Of a stretch of DNA of 61,275 nucleotides, positions 36,942 through 46,269 are shown one piece after another. The stretch spans positions 1 through 61,275 of the forward strand of contig CACIYM010000003.1 of NCBI GenBank assembly GCA_902590895.1, in the 5' to 3' direction. The notes beneath the pieces were generated by a model. That model saw only the letters and a list, made by a program, of their open reading frames with translations, did not search any database and was not told where the DNA came from. Made by a program: the position numbers and the translations under genes. The stretch is from an uncultured Alphaproteobacteria bacterium. GTDB lineage: Bacteria; Pseudomonadota; Alphaproteobacteria; Methylaequorales; Methylaequoraceae. Numbering within the stretch: position 1 is the stretch's first letter; each line of letters begins with the position of its first letter.

Positions 36942-38795
36942 ATGAATAATTGTATGCAGAATAATACAAACTATAATTATAAAAAGGGGATTGATGAATT
37001 AAAAAAAGCTTCAGTATCATTTCCTAACGGATCAGGAGTTTATAAATTTATTGGAGTCTACAATGAACCTCTATACGTTGGAAAGGCCAAAAACCTCAAA
37101 AAAAGAATCTCTTCATATTTAGATGAAAATCGTCAAACAAGAAGAATTAAAACTTTAATTAGCTTAACCGATTCTTTAAGTTTTATCAAAACGCCTAACG
37201 AGATTGATTCTTTAATTTTAGAAAATAATTTAATAAAACAATTAAAGCCAAGATTTAACATTAGATTAATGGATGATAAAAGTTTCCCCTATATATCAAT
37301 CAGCAAAAGTAGTTTGTGGCCCAGAATCAGAAAATATAGAGGACAACAAAATAAAAAAGATGTTTATTTTGGTCCCTTTGCAAATGTTAATGTTGTTGAT
37401 CAGGTATTACATCAGTTAGAAAGGGCTTTTTTATTAAGAAGTTGTTCTGATAATTTTTTTAATTCTAGAAAAAGACCTTGTATTTTATATCAGATAAAAA
37501 GATGTAGTGCTCCTTGTACTGATCTCATTAATTCTCATCAATACACTAAGTTAGTAAACCAAGCAATTAATTTTTTAAAAGGAAAAAATAAAACAATCAA
37601 GCAGGATCTTGTATCACAAATGCAATTAGAAAGTTCTAAAGAGAACTTTGAAACAGCTGCCTCACTAAGAGACAGAGTCAAAGCAATATCAAAGATCTCT
37701 TTTGAAAAATATTCTGACCTTAACAGCGATGAGGATTTTGATATAATTTTTTATCACAAAAAATATGAACAAACATTTGTCCAAGTTTTTTTCTTTAGAG
37801 GAGGAAAAAATCTTGGTAATAAAGATTTTTTTTTATCAGACAATGATACAGAAGAAGTAAGTGTTGTAATGACTCAATTTTTAATTTTTTTTTATAAAAA
37901 CAATAATCCTCCTAAAGAAATTTTGGTAAATTTTAGTCTAGATCAAATAAAAATTATTACATCTATTATATCAAAAAAAGCTGATAATTTAGTTACAATT
38001 AGAAATCCTCAAAGAGGTAAAAAACTTGAATTAATCAAAATGGTTAAAGAAAATGTTCAATCAAATCTTAACAATCATAAGATGAATGATCAAAATACTT
38101 TAAAACTAATTAAAAAAAGACTGAACTTATCTAACTTTCCATATAAGATAGAGGTTTATGATAATAGTCACTTAAACGGAACAAACCCTATTGGTTCTAT
38201 GATAGTCTATCAAAATCTAAATTTTGCAAAAAGTCATTACAAGAAGTTCAATATAAAAAATAAATCCAATAAAACAAATGACGATTACTTCATGATGAAA
38301 CAAGTATTACAAAGAAGGTTTGATTTCTCTTCAGAGTGGAAAAAAGACCTTCCAAGTTTAATAATAATTGATGGGGGAAAAGGTCAACTGAATATCGCTT
38401 TAAAAGTGTTAGAAGAAAAAGAGATTTTCAATATTGATGTTATAAGCATCGCCAAGGGTAAAAATAGAAGTAAAGATACTGAAAAAATTTATAACTCCAA
38501 GGGAGAAATAAACTTTAAGGAAAATGAAAAAGAATTATTTCTTTTACAAAGATTAAGAGATGAGGCACATAGATTTGCGGTAGCAAGTCAGAAAATAAGA
38601 AGAAATATTGGTTACAAGAATTCGCTTTTTGATAATATTGATGGTATAGGAAAGAAATTGAAAACAAGTTTATTATCTTACTTTGGTTCCATAGACAATA
38701 TCAAATCTGCTAGCTTATCAGATTTAAAAAAGACACCAGGAGTTGGAGAACAAATGGCAAAAAAAATCTACAGGGAGTTTAATAAAATTGTTTAA
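36942..38795 (+). CDS. uvrC: Excinuclease ABC subunit C
   Basis: GIY-YIG motif GVYKF...LYVGKAKNLKKR, UVR motif FETAASLRDR, and C-terminal HhH GVGEQMAKKI. Confidence 0.92.
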   Translation: MNNCMQNNTNYNYKKGIDELKKASVSFPNGSGVYKFIGVYNEPLYVGKAKNLKKRISSYLDENRQTRRIKTLISLTDSLSFIKTPNEIDSLILENNLIKQLKPRFNIRLMDDKSFPYISISKSSLWPRIRKYRGQQNKKDVYFGPFANVNVVDQVLHQLERAFLLRSCSDNFFNSRKRPCILYQIKRCSAPCTDLINSHQYTKLVNQAINFLKGKNKTIKQDLVSQMQLESSKENFETAASLRDRVKAISKISFEKYSDLNSDEDFDIIFYHKKYEQTFVQVFFFRGGKNLGNKDFFLSDNDTEEVSVVMTQFLIFFYKNNNPPKEILVNFSLDQIKIITSIISKKADNLVTIRNPQRGKKLELIKMVKENVQSNLNNHKMNDQNTLKLIKKRLNLSNFPYKIEVYDNSHLNGTNPIGSMIVYQNLNFAKSHYKKFNIKNKSNKTNDDYFMMKQVLQRRFDFSSEWKKDLPSLIIIDGGKGQLNIALKVLEEKEIFNIDVISIAKGKNRSKDTEKIYNSKGEINFKENEKELFLLQRLRDEAHRFAVASQKIRRNIGYKNSLFDNIDGIGKKLKTSLLSYFGSIDNIKSASLSDLKKTPGVGEQMAKKIYREFNKIV

Positions 38796-39339
38796 ACTTA
38801 ACAATATACCGAATCTATTAACAATATTGAGAATTTTATTAATTCCAGGGATTATTATTTGTATAGAATTGGACCAACCAAAATATAGTTGGATTGCACT
38901 TTTCTTTTACGTATTTGCATGTTTTTCAGATTTTTTAGATGGATACATCGCTCGTAAGTTTGATGTAGAATCAAATTTTGGAAAATTTCTAGACCCAATT
39001 GCTGATAAAATTTTGATAGTAGCTTTATTAATTATTTTACTTGATAACAACAAAATCTCTGGAATTTTCGTATACCCAACTTTAATAATAATTTTAAGAG
39101 AAGTAATAGTCTCTGGACTTAGAGATTTCTTTTTGCATTCAAGTAAAAATCTTGCTGTAACAAATCTTTCAAAATGGAAAACAATGATTCAAATGACATC
39201 ATTAGGTTTTTTAATAGTAGAAGACAATTTTGCGACTAATTTTATTCTATATTTTGGAAATATTGGTTTAACCATTGCATCTATTGTTACTATTTACACT
39301 GGATACATTTATTTTAAAAGAAATTTAAAGCTTTTTTAA
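38743..39339 (+). CDS. pgsA: CDP-diacylglycerol--glycerol-3-phosphate 3-phosphatidyltransferase
   Basis: CDP-alcohol phosphotransferase motif DFLDGYIARKF...GKFLDPIADK. The real start may be the TTG at 38788, which would overlap the uvrC stop as TTGTTTAA. Confidence 0.88.
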   Translation: MENKWQKKSTGSLIKLFKLNNIPNLLTILRILLIPGIIICIELDQPKYSWIALFFYVFACFSDFLDGYIARKFDVESNFGKFLDPIADKILIVALLIILLDNNKISGIFVYPTLIIILREVIVSGLRDFFLHSSKNLAVTNLSKWKTMIQMTSLGFLIVEDNFATNFILYFGNIGLTIASIVTIYTGYIYFKRNLKLF

Positions 39340-39851
39340 TGAAAAAAATTTTTGGAATTGTTGGATGGAGTGGAAGTGGTAAAACAGATCTAATATGCAG
39401 ACTAATTAATGCTTTTAAAAAATCAAATAAATTGGTTGGCTCAATCAAACATACTCACCATAAGTTTCAAATAGACAAAGAAGGTAAAGATAGTTTTAAA
39501 CATATTTCATCAGGATCTGAAGAAGTAATCTTATACAATGAGAGAAAGTATGCAATGATAAGCGGATTACTGAGAGAAAAAATAAGTTTTAATGATATTT
39601 TACAAAAATTTTCTAAAAATATTGATTTAATATTGGTTGAAGGATTAAAGAATTTAGAAATAAAAAAAATAGAGGTTTTTAGGTCAAGTTTAAACAAAGA
39701 ATTATTGTTTTTGAATGATAAATTCATTAAGGGAATAGTCTGTGACCAAACAACTCAAGATATAATTAACTCAGGACTACCTTACTTTAAATTTAATGAC
39801 ACAATGGAAATATTATCTTTTATAAATAAACAAATTAGTAATGATGAATAA
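39339..39851 (+). CDS. mobB: Molybdopterin-guanine dinucleotide biosynthesis adapter protein MobB
   Basis: The stretch GWSGSGKTDLICRLI...SIKHTHHKFQIDKEGKDSF is collinear with remembered E. coli MobB. Confidence 0.85.
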   Translation: MKKIFGIVGWSGSGKTDLICRLINAFKKSNKLVGSIKHTHHKFQIDKEGKDSFKHISSGSEEVILYNERKYAMISGLLREKISFNDILQKFSKNIDLILVEGLKNLEIKKIEVFRSSLNKELLFLNDKFIKGIVCDQTTQDIINSGLPYFKFNDTMEILSFINKQISNDE

Positions 39852-41064
39852 AACGCCGAAGCTTACATTAGCTAATGATGCAAAAAAAAAGATGAAAGAC
39901 AGTATAAATTTTTCTAACAAATCTGAAATTGTTGAAATAAACAAAGCTGAAAGTAGAATTTTATCTAAAGACATAATTGCAAAATTTAATATTCCTGAAG
40001 AAGACAACTCAGCGGTTGATGGATATGCTTTGAATTTTAAGAAAAATAATAAAATTTTTAATGTTGTAGGACAATCTAGACCAAGTAGTCCCTACCTGAA
40101 AACTTTAAAAACTAATGAAGCTATTAAAATATTCACTGGTTCAAATATTTTAAAAAAAAATAAAATAAATGCTGTTGTTATGTTAGAAGATTGTAAAATT
40201 TTGACAGATTCAATTCAAATTAGAAAAAAAATCAAAATTAATCAAAACATAAGAAAAAAAGGTGAAGATGTACAAAAAAATAAAGTGGTTTTTTTAAGAG
40301 GTAGAAAAATTAGGTCTGTAGACTTAGCGCAACTTTCTTCACTGGGATTAAAAAAAGTTGATGTTTATAAAAAAATAAGAGTTGGAATTTTCTCTACTGG
40401 TAGTGAAATAAATCAAAATCTAAAAAGAAAAAAAAATTATATTTTTGATGCTAACAAAATTACCCTTATTTCAATGTTTGAAATAATTGGGTGTGAAGCA
40501 TTTGATCTTGGTGTTATAAGGGACAACTATAATGAAACTAAAAATAAAATTTTAAAAAATTCATCAAAATATGACTTATTAGTTTCCAGCGGTGGTATTT
40601 CTAACAGTGACACTGATATGATAGGTAGAATTCTCTCATCATATGGAAAAATTAATTTTTGGAAATTAGCAATTAAACCTGGAAGACCCTTTGCTTTTGG
40701 AAAAATAAATAAAACACCTTTTATAGGGTTACCAGGTAATCCTGTTGCTGCAATTGTCACTTTCTTAATGCTAGTAGTTGATTATGTAAAAATACTGTCA
40801 GGAAATAGAAATATAAAAATTAAAAAGAATATGATTTCTTCTAATTTTTCAATGACTAAAAAACCAGGAAGGCGTGAATGGATCAGGGGATGGATTACAG
40901 AAAAAAATAACAAGCAATTTTTAGAAAAATTCAATACAACAGGATCAGGAATTATTTCATCAATCTCACAATCTGATGGTATAATTGATATAGACGAAGA
41001 TGTTAAGTATATTAAGAAAGGTAAAAAATTAAATTTTATTAAATATGAGGATATATTAAATTGA
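39841..41064 (+). CDS. moeA: Molybdopterin molybdotransferase MoeA
   Basis: Motifs seen: DGYAL, SSGGISNSDTDM, GLPGNPVAAIVTF. Confidence 0.85.
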   Translation: MMNKTPKLTLANDAKKKMKDSINFSNKSEIVEINKAESRILSKDIIAKFNIPEEDNSAVDGYALNFKKNNKIFNVVGQSRPSSPYLKTLKTNEAIKIFTGSNILKKNKINAVVMLEDCKILTDSIQIRKKIKINQNIRKKGEDVQKNKVVFLRGRKIRSVDLAQLSSLGLKKVDVYKKIRVGIFSTGSEINQNLKRKKNYIFDANKITLISMFEIIGCEAFDLGVIRDNYNETKNKILKNSSKYDLLVSSGGISNSDTDMIGRILSSYGKINFWKLAIKPGRPFAFGKINKTPFIGLPGNPVAAIVTFLMLVVDYVKILSGNRNIKIKKNMISSNFSMTKKPGRREWIRGWITEKNNKQFLEKFNTTGSGIISSISQSDGIIDIDEDVKYIKKGKKLNFIKYEDILN

Positions 41065-41312
41065 AGATTTTATATTTTGCACAAATAAAAGAAAGCATAG
41101 GAAAAGATCAAGACATCATAGAGTTTAAATCAGAAATTAGCATAAATCAATTAATTGAAGAGCTTATTTCGAAAGGGGAAAAATATAAAAAAAGTTTTGA
41201 TCAAATCAAAAACTTAAGATGTGCTGTGAATTGCGAATACACAACAAATTATAATAAAATTTTAAAAAATAAAGATGAGATTGCTTTTTTTCCTCCAGTT
41301 ACCGGAGGATAA
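41061..41312 (+). CDS. moaD: Molybdopterin synthase sulfur-carrier subunit MoaD
   Basis: 83 aa, consistent in size with a ThiS/MoaD fold, ending FPPVTGG. Lies directly upstream of moaE. Confidence 0.75.
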   Translation: MKILYFAQIKESIGKDQDIIEFKSEISINQLIEELISKGEKYKKSFDQIKNLRCAVNCEYTTNYNKILKNKDEIAFFPPVTGG

Positions 41313-41734
41313 TGAAAGTTTTTTTTCAAAAAAAAAAAATTATATTTCACACCGAACTAAAAAAATTTTCATCAAAAAATAAATTTTCAGGTTCCATATC
41401 CTCATTTTTGGGAAAAGTCAGACCTCACAGAAATAGAAAAGAAATTCAATTTTTAGAAATTGAATTTTATAAAAAAATGGCATATTACCAAGCCGAAAGA
41501 AATTTAAAAAAAATTTTAAGTAAAATACAAATCGACGACTTTTTAATTATACATAGATATGGGAAATTGTATCCGAGTGAAAATATAATTCTTGTTTTAG
41601 TTGCCAGTGAACATAGAAAGGATGGTTTAACTTTTACAAAAAAATCAGTTGAATGGTTTAAAAAGGAAATAACATTTTGGAAAAAAGAAACCTTTCACTC
41701 ACATTCCTCTTGGGTCCAACCAGAGTATGAATAG
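41312..41734 (+). CDS. moaE: Molybdopterin synthase catalytic subunit MoaE
   Basis: Motifs seen: SFLGKVR, HRYGKL, VASEHRKD, FWKKE. Confidence 0.8.
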   Translation: MKVFFQKKKIIFHTELKKFSSKNKFSGSISSFLGKVRPHRNRKEIQFLEIEFYKKMAYYQAERNLKKILSKIQIDDFLIIHRYGKLYPSENIILVLVASEHRKDGLTFTKKSVEWFKKEITFWKKETFHSHSSWVQPEYE

Positions 41735-41736
41735 TT

Positions 41737-42609
41737 TTAACCTAAAACTTCTTTGTTAAACTCATTAATCAACTTTCTGGTAATTGTCCTATCATTGAAT
41801 TTATAATTGTCTATAGAACTTATTGGAGTAATTTCTACAGCGGTCCCGGTTAAGAACGCTTCACTACAAGTTGATAAAAAGTCAATTTGAAAATGATCTT
41901 CAATTACATTTAATTGAAGCTTGTTTGCAAGATTTATTACAGTTTGTCTAGTAATACCATTTAAAAAACAATCAGGTTTAGGTGTGAAAAGCTCTCCGTT
42001 TTTTACAAAAAAAATATTTGCACCAGTTGCTTCAGCAATATACCCTCTATAATCAAGCATTAAAGCATCATCAAATCCTTTATTTTCTGCTTCATTTTTA
42101 CTTAACGAACAAATCATATACAAACCAGCTGCTTTACTGTCAGTTGGAGCTGATTTAGGCGAAGGTCGAACCCACTTAGCAACGGTTAAATTTATTCCAT
42201 CTAAAAGTCTATCAGGAGAAAAGTATGAAGGCCATTCCCAACAAGCAATTGCGATATTGGTTGATCCTTTTTTAGCAGAAATAGCCATCATTTCACTTCC
42301 TCTCCAAACAACGGGTCTTATATAACCATTTATAACCTTTTGTTTTTTTACTAGCTCCTCAACATTGAGACAGATTTTCTCAATTTCAAATGGAATTTTT
42401 AAATCAAGTATATCTGCTGATTTAAATAGTCTTTGAATGTGCTCATCTAATTTAAAAATTTTACCATCATAAATTCTTATCCCTTCAAAGACACAACTTC
42501 CATAATGTAATCCATGATTCAAAACATGAACTTTTGCCTCACTCCATTCTTCAAAAGAACCGTTTATCCAAATAAATCCGTCACGTTTGTCAAAAGGTAT
42601 CATTTGCAT
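41737..42609 (-). CDS. ilvE: Branched-chain amino acid aminotransferase (class IV)
   Basis: Motifs seen: CVFEGIRIY, EATGANIFFVK, LNGITRQ. Confidence 0.88.
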   Translation of the reverse strand: MQMIPFDKRDGFIWINGSFEEWSEAKVHVLNHGLHYGSCVFEGIRIYDGKIFKLDEHIQRLFKSADILDLKIPFEIEKICLNVEELVKKQKVINGYIRPVVWRGSEMMAISAKKGSTNIAIACWEWPSYFSPDRLLDGINLTVAKWVRPSPKSAPTDSKAAGLYMICSLSKNEAENKGFDDALMLDYRGYIAEATGANIFFVKNGELFTPKPDCFLNGITRQTVINLANKLQLNVIEDHFQIDFLSTCSEAFLTGTAVEITPISSIDNYKFNDRTITRKLINEFNKEVLG

Positions 42610-42650
42610 ATTTCATCTCATAAGTTAAAATTTATGTATTATATCATTAT

Positions 42651-42670
42651 TAAACATAAATAAACATATT
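42651..42670. promoter_or_regulatory. Tandem 10-bp-phased direct repeat upstream of response regulator gene
   Basis: TAAACATAAA and TAAACATATT sit back to back, 24-43 nt upstream of the regulator ATG. Confidence 0.25.
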
Positions 42671-42693
42671 GATCTAAAAATTGAATAGTATTT

Positions 42694-43380
42694 ATGGAAA
42701 AAAAATCACATATTTTATGTATAGACGATGATGATAAAATTAGAGAGCTTTTAGAAATATTTTTAAATAAGCACAACTTTGTGGTTTCAACAGCTAAAGA
42801 CGCCTTTGAGGGAGAAAAAATTTCAGAGTTATTTTTATTTGATCTAATAGTTCTTGATATTATGATGCCAAAAAAAAGTGGGATTGAGTTCCTAAACAAA
42901 TTTAGGAAAAGAAATACTAGTGTTCCGATAATTATGCTAACAGCTAATAGTCAACTAGAAAAAAAAACAAAATCATTTAATTTCGGTTGTGATGACTACT
43001 TAATTAAACCTTTTGAACCAATTGAATTAGTTCTGAGAATTAATAAACTTTTGAATCCTAGAATTAACAAATTAAAAAAATCAAGTGAGTTTTTTTTTGG
43101 TGATTTTAAATATAACTTAAATACTAAAACTTTGAAAAAAAATGAAAAACATATTGGATTGACTGGAGCGGAACAATACCTGCTTGAAATTTTAGTTAAT
43201 AATATAAACAGGGAGGTATCTAGAGAATTTGTAATTCAAAAACTTAAACTTGGTTCAAACCTACGCTCCATTGATGTTTTAGTTAACAGATTAAGAAAAA
43301 AAATTACCTCAAGCGGAAATATATCATTTTTAAAAACGATCAGAGGAAAAGGTTACATGTTAATCAGTGAATATGAATAA
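42694..43380 (+). CDS. OmpR-family two-component response regulator
   Basis: Receiver domain with ILCIDDDD and phospho-acceptor context DLIVLDIMMP. Winged-helix region LRSIDVLVNRLRKK...IRGKGY. Confidence 0.88.
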   Translation: MEKKSHILCIDDDDKIRELLEIFLNKHNFVVSTAKDAFEGEKISELFLFDLIVLDIMMPKKSGIEFLNKFRKRNTSVPIIMLTANSQLEKKTKSFNFGCDDYLIKPFEPIELVLRINKLLNPRINKLKKSSEFFFGDFKYNLNTKTLKKNEKHIGLTGAEQYLLEILVNNINREVSREFVIQKLKLGSNLRSIDVLVNRLRKKITSSGNISFLKTIRGKGYMLISEYE

Positions 43381-44659
43381 AGTGTTAAAAAAATATTTAC
43401 CTAAAAAAATTCTCCCAAGACTACTATTAATTTTCTTGTTACCCCTCATTTTTACCCAATGTTTATTAGTTTTCTTTTTTTATGATAGACATTGGGAAAA
43501 AATAATCACGAGGTTTTCTAATATTGCTATAAATCAAATAAATTTAATCAGAAATGAGTATAAAATCAACGGTCTAGAGAGGGCGAAAGAAATCGCTAAT
43601 AAGCTTAATATTGAACTACTTATAGTTAAGGAAAAAGCACTTATTAGAGAAAAAAATACTTTTTTAAAAAAAAAAATTGAAACAAATATTAAAGATAGAG
43701 TTGGTAAAGATACTTTTTTGATTTTTGGTCAAAACGTTATTAAAGTATTTATCAGAGACAAAGAAAATTATGTATTAATGAAGTTTCCTAAAAAATATTT
43801 ACTGAGTGAAACACCCATAATATTATTTTTATGGATTATCTCAATATCGCTAATACTTTCACTAATTGCATTTCTTTTTCTTAGAATTCAAATTAGAGCA
43901 ATTCAAAGGCTTGCAAAATCTGCAGAAGAATTTGGAGAGGGTAAAAATGTAAAAAAATTTAAACCTGAGGGAGCTATGGAAATAAGACAAGCAGGAGCAA
44001 CATTTATGAAAATGAGGAGGAGGATTAATAATTATATTTCTCAAAGAACAAACTTTTTAACTGGAATCTCTCATGATCTCGGAACAGTTTTAACAAGAAT
44101 TAAATTAGGCCTTGAACTAATTAGTAATCAAAATGAAACAACTCAAATTAAAAATGATATAAAAACAATGGAGATGTTTTTAAAAGAGTATTTAGATTAT
44201 TCTGAAAAAATCAAAAAAAAAAAATTTTCAAAAATCAATATTTTGCAATTATTGAATGAAGTAATAACTTCATCAAAATCATTAGAAAAAAAAACAAGTA
44301 TATTCTGTAACTCAAAAATTAATTTTAATACCAATAAAAATTATCTTTATAGAGTAATTTTTAATCTAGTCGAAAATGCATCAAAATTTGGAAAAAGTAT
44401 AAATATTAAAGTTAAAAAAAAACTTAAATTATTGACTATTGAAATAGAAGATGATGGACCAGGAATTCCAGATTATGACAAAAATAATATTTTCAAACCA
44501 TTTTACAAAATTGATAGCTCAAGGAATATTAACAAGGGTGGCTCCGGTTTGGGACTCAGTATAGCTAATGAGCTAATTAAAAAATTACACGGTAAAATAA
44601 AACTGAGAGACTCAAAAACTAAAGGTTCAATTTTTTCAATTATTCTGACAGAAACCTAA
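43367..44659 (+). CDS. EnvZ-like sensor histidine kinase
   Basis: Two TM segments and a HAMP-like linker. H-box ISHDLGTVLTRI, N-box NLVENASKFG, G-boxes DDGPGIP and GGSGLGLSI. 14-nt overlap with the regulator gene. Confidence 0.85.
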   Translation: MNMNKVLKKYLPKKILPRLLLIFLLPLIFTQCLLVFFFYDRHWEKIITRFSNIAINQINLIRNEYKINGLERAKEIANKLNIELLIVKEKALIREKNTFLKKKIETNIKDRVGKDTFLIFGQNVIKVFIRDKENYVLMKFPKKYLLSETPIILFLWIISISLILSLIAFLFLRIQIRAIQRLAKSAEEFGEGKNVKKFKPEGAMEIRQAGATFMKMRRRINNYISQRTNFLTGISHDLGTVLTRIKLGLELISNQNETTQIKNDIKTMEMFLKEYLDYSEKIKKKKFSKINILQLLNEVITSSKSLEKKTSIFCNSKINFNTNKNYLYRVIFNLVENASKFGKSINIKVKKKLKLLTIEIEDDGPGIPDYDKNNIFKPFYKIDSSRNINKGGSGLGLSIANELIKKLHGKIKLRDSKTKGSIFSIILTET

Positions 44660-45468
44660 TTATAATACTTAGAAAGATCTTTTGATTTTTTTTCAGCTTT
44701 TTTGATTGCATCATTAATTATATTTTCAAGTTTATCGTTTTTTGAAAAATACATGAGTGCTTTTTCAGTTGTTCCTCCTTTACTCGCGACCTTTTTAATT
44801 AAATCACTAAAATCGATCTTTTCTTTTTCAAGGAAATTTATTGTTCCATTTAAAAGTTGAAAGATTAGTTTTAAAGAATTTTGTTTATTTATTTTTTTTT
44901 CTTTTAATATATTTTGTAAACATTTAAGAAAATAACTAATATATGCAGGTCCACCCCCGAAGAAAGCGGTGAAAAAATTAATTTCCTCTTCATTGCTAAC
45001 CCAGATAAATGACCCAAAAAATGTAAAAAAATCATTAACTTTTTTTTTTTCCTTTTCCAAAACGTTAGTAGAATAAACTGCAGTAATACTTTTCCCATAT
45101 CTTATTGATAGGTTAGGCATGAATCTCAATATTGACAACTTCAGATGAAAAGATTTACTCAGTGAGGAAACCTTAATTCCTGCCACAAAAGATATGATAG
45201 TATTACTTGATTTTATAAATCCATTTAATTGCTTAGTTAATTTTTCAAGATCTTGAGGCTTTACACATATCATTAAATATTTATATTTCAAAAAATTAAT
45301 TTCATTCAAGTTATTATAAATCGTTACTAATTTACTTTTTTTTTTTTTCAAAAAATTTAAAGTTTTTGCTTTTCTTTCAATAATTGAAATCTTTTTACCT
45401 TCGTCAAGAAAAGCCTCTGTTATAGAAAGACCTAAATTTCCGCAACCAATTAATAAAGTCTCATTCAT
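44656..45468 (-). CDS. proC: Pyrroline-5-carboxylate reductase
   Basis: Contains the IGCGNLG Rossmann motif and SKGGTTEKAL. The ybjN-proC pairing is conserved. Confidence 0.8.
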   Translation of the reverse strand: MNETLLIGCGNLGLSITEAFLDEGKKISIIERKAKTLNFLKKKKSKLVTIYNNLNEINFLKYKYLMICVKPQDLEKLTKQLNGFIKSSNTIISFVAGIKVSSLSKSFHLKLSILRFMPNLSIRYGKSITAVYSTNVLEKEKKKVNDFFTFFGSFIWVSNEEEINFFTAFFGGGPAYISYFLKCLQNILKEKKINKQNSLKLIFQLLNGTINFLEKEKIDFSDLIKKVASKGGTTEKALMYFSKNDKLENIINDAIKKAEKKSKDLSKYYN

Positions 45469-45968
45469 GCTTGCCCGTTAGTTTCGATTAATGAGGCGCT
45501 TAAAGCAAATTTTGGATCTTGTTTTTTAAAAAAAAATAAATAGAATGCTGGAAAATATTTATCACACTCATTAATAACTACATTTAATATATCATCTATT
45601 TGTTCCTCTGTTAAATAATCAAAGCCTTTTACTGAAACATGATATTTAAAAAAAACCGTATCTAGCTTTGAACAATAATGAAAGTATCCCAAATTTATCT
45701 TTTCATTTACTATTGAAACTAGTGAATAAATATTTTTATTTATTTTTTCTTTCTTTGTTATATCAAAATGACTACTAACACTTATTATTTTATTTTGCTC
45801 ATCCCAAATAAATACAACATTATAACATCTCCACTGTCCTCTATAATTTAAGTTCAAATGGTTTGGTGAGTCTCTGAAAAAATCAACATCTAATTTATAG
45901 ATTTGCTCTTCAATATAATCGATTGGGTTATACGAAGGGTTTATTTTATTTTGACTATCAAAATACAC
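45465..45968 (-). CDS. YbjN domain-containing protein
   Basis: NPIDYIEE, CDKYFPAFYLF and the C-terminal SLIETNGQA parallel remembered alphaproteobacterial YbjN-like proteins, which are found upstream of proC. Confidence 0.65.
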   Translation of the reverse strand: MYFDSQNKINPSYNPIDYIEEQIYKLDVDFFRDSPNHLNLNYRGQWRCYNVVFIWDEQNKIISVSSHFDITKKEKINKNIYSLVSIVNEKINLGYFHYCSKLDTVFFKYHVSVKGFDYLTEEQIDDILNVVINECDKYFPAFYLFFFKKQDPKFALSASLIETNGQA

Positions 45969-45998
45969 ATCATAATATTAATATATAAAATACTAATT

Positions 45999-46012
45999 CA
46001 CAACCTGTTGTG
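45999..46012. promoter_or_regulatory. Perfect 6+6 inverted repeat CACAAC-ct-GTTGTG in divergent promoter gap
   Basis: Read directly from the sequence. The 2-nt spacer is too short for an RNA hairpin loop, so a dimeric protein operator is more likely. Confidence 0.25.
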
Positions 46013-46047
46013 TTAAAAATGAGATTTATACACTATATGTAGTCAAA

Positions 46048-46236
46048 ATGATTAAAGACACCATTACAATTTTTTTAATTTTCTCGTATTTTATTTTTTT
46101 TGTTGTTTGGTTAATTTGGTTTCATAGATCTTTAAAAAATAAAACAAAAAAAAAAAATGTTTATTTATATAATATCCTAGGTTTTATAGTATTTACTTAT
46201 TTGATAAGCTTTCTTGTATTAAAAATTCTTTCTTAA
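46048..46236 (+). CDS. Hypothetical small membrane protein (2 predicted TM helices)
   Basis: 62 aa with two hydrophobic stretches separated by a basic loop, RSLKNKTKKKN. It fills an otherwise empty gap upstream of hldD. No family was recognised. Confidence 0.35.
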   Translation: MIKDTITIFLIFSYFIFFVVWLIWFHRSLKNKTKKKNVYLYNILGFIVFTYLISFLVLKILS

Positions 46237-46269
46237 TGAATAATTTTTGGTGATGAAAAGGAAAAAAAG

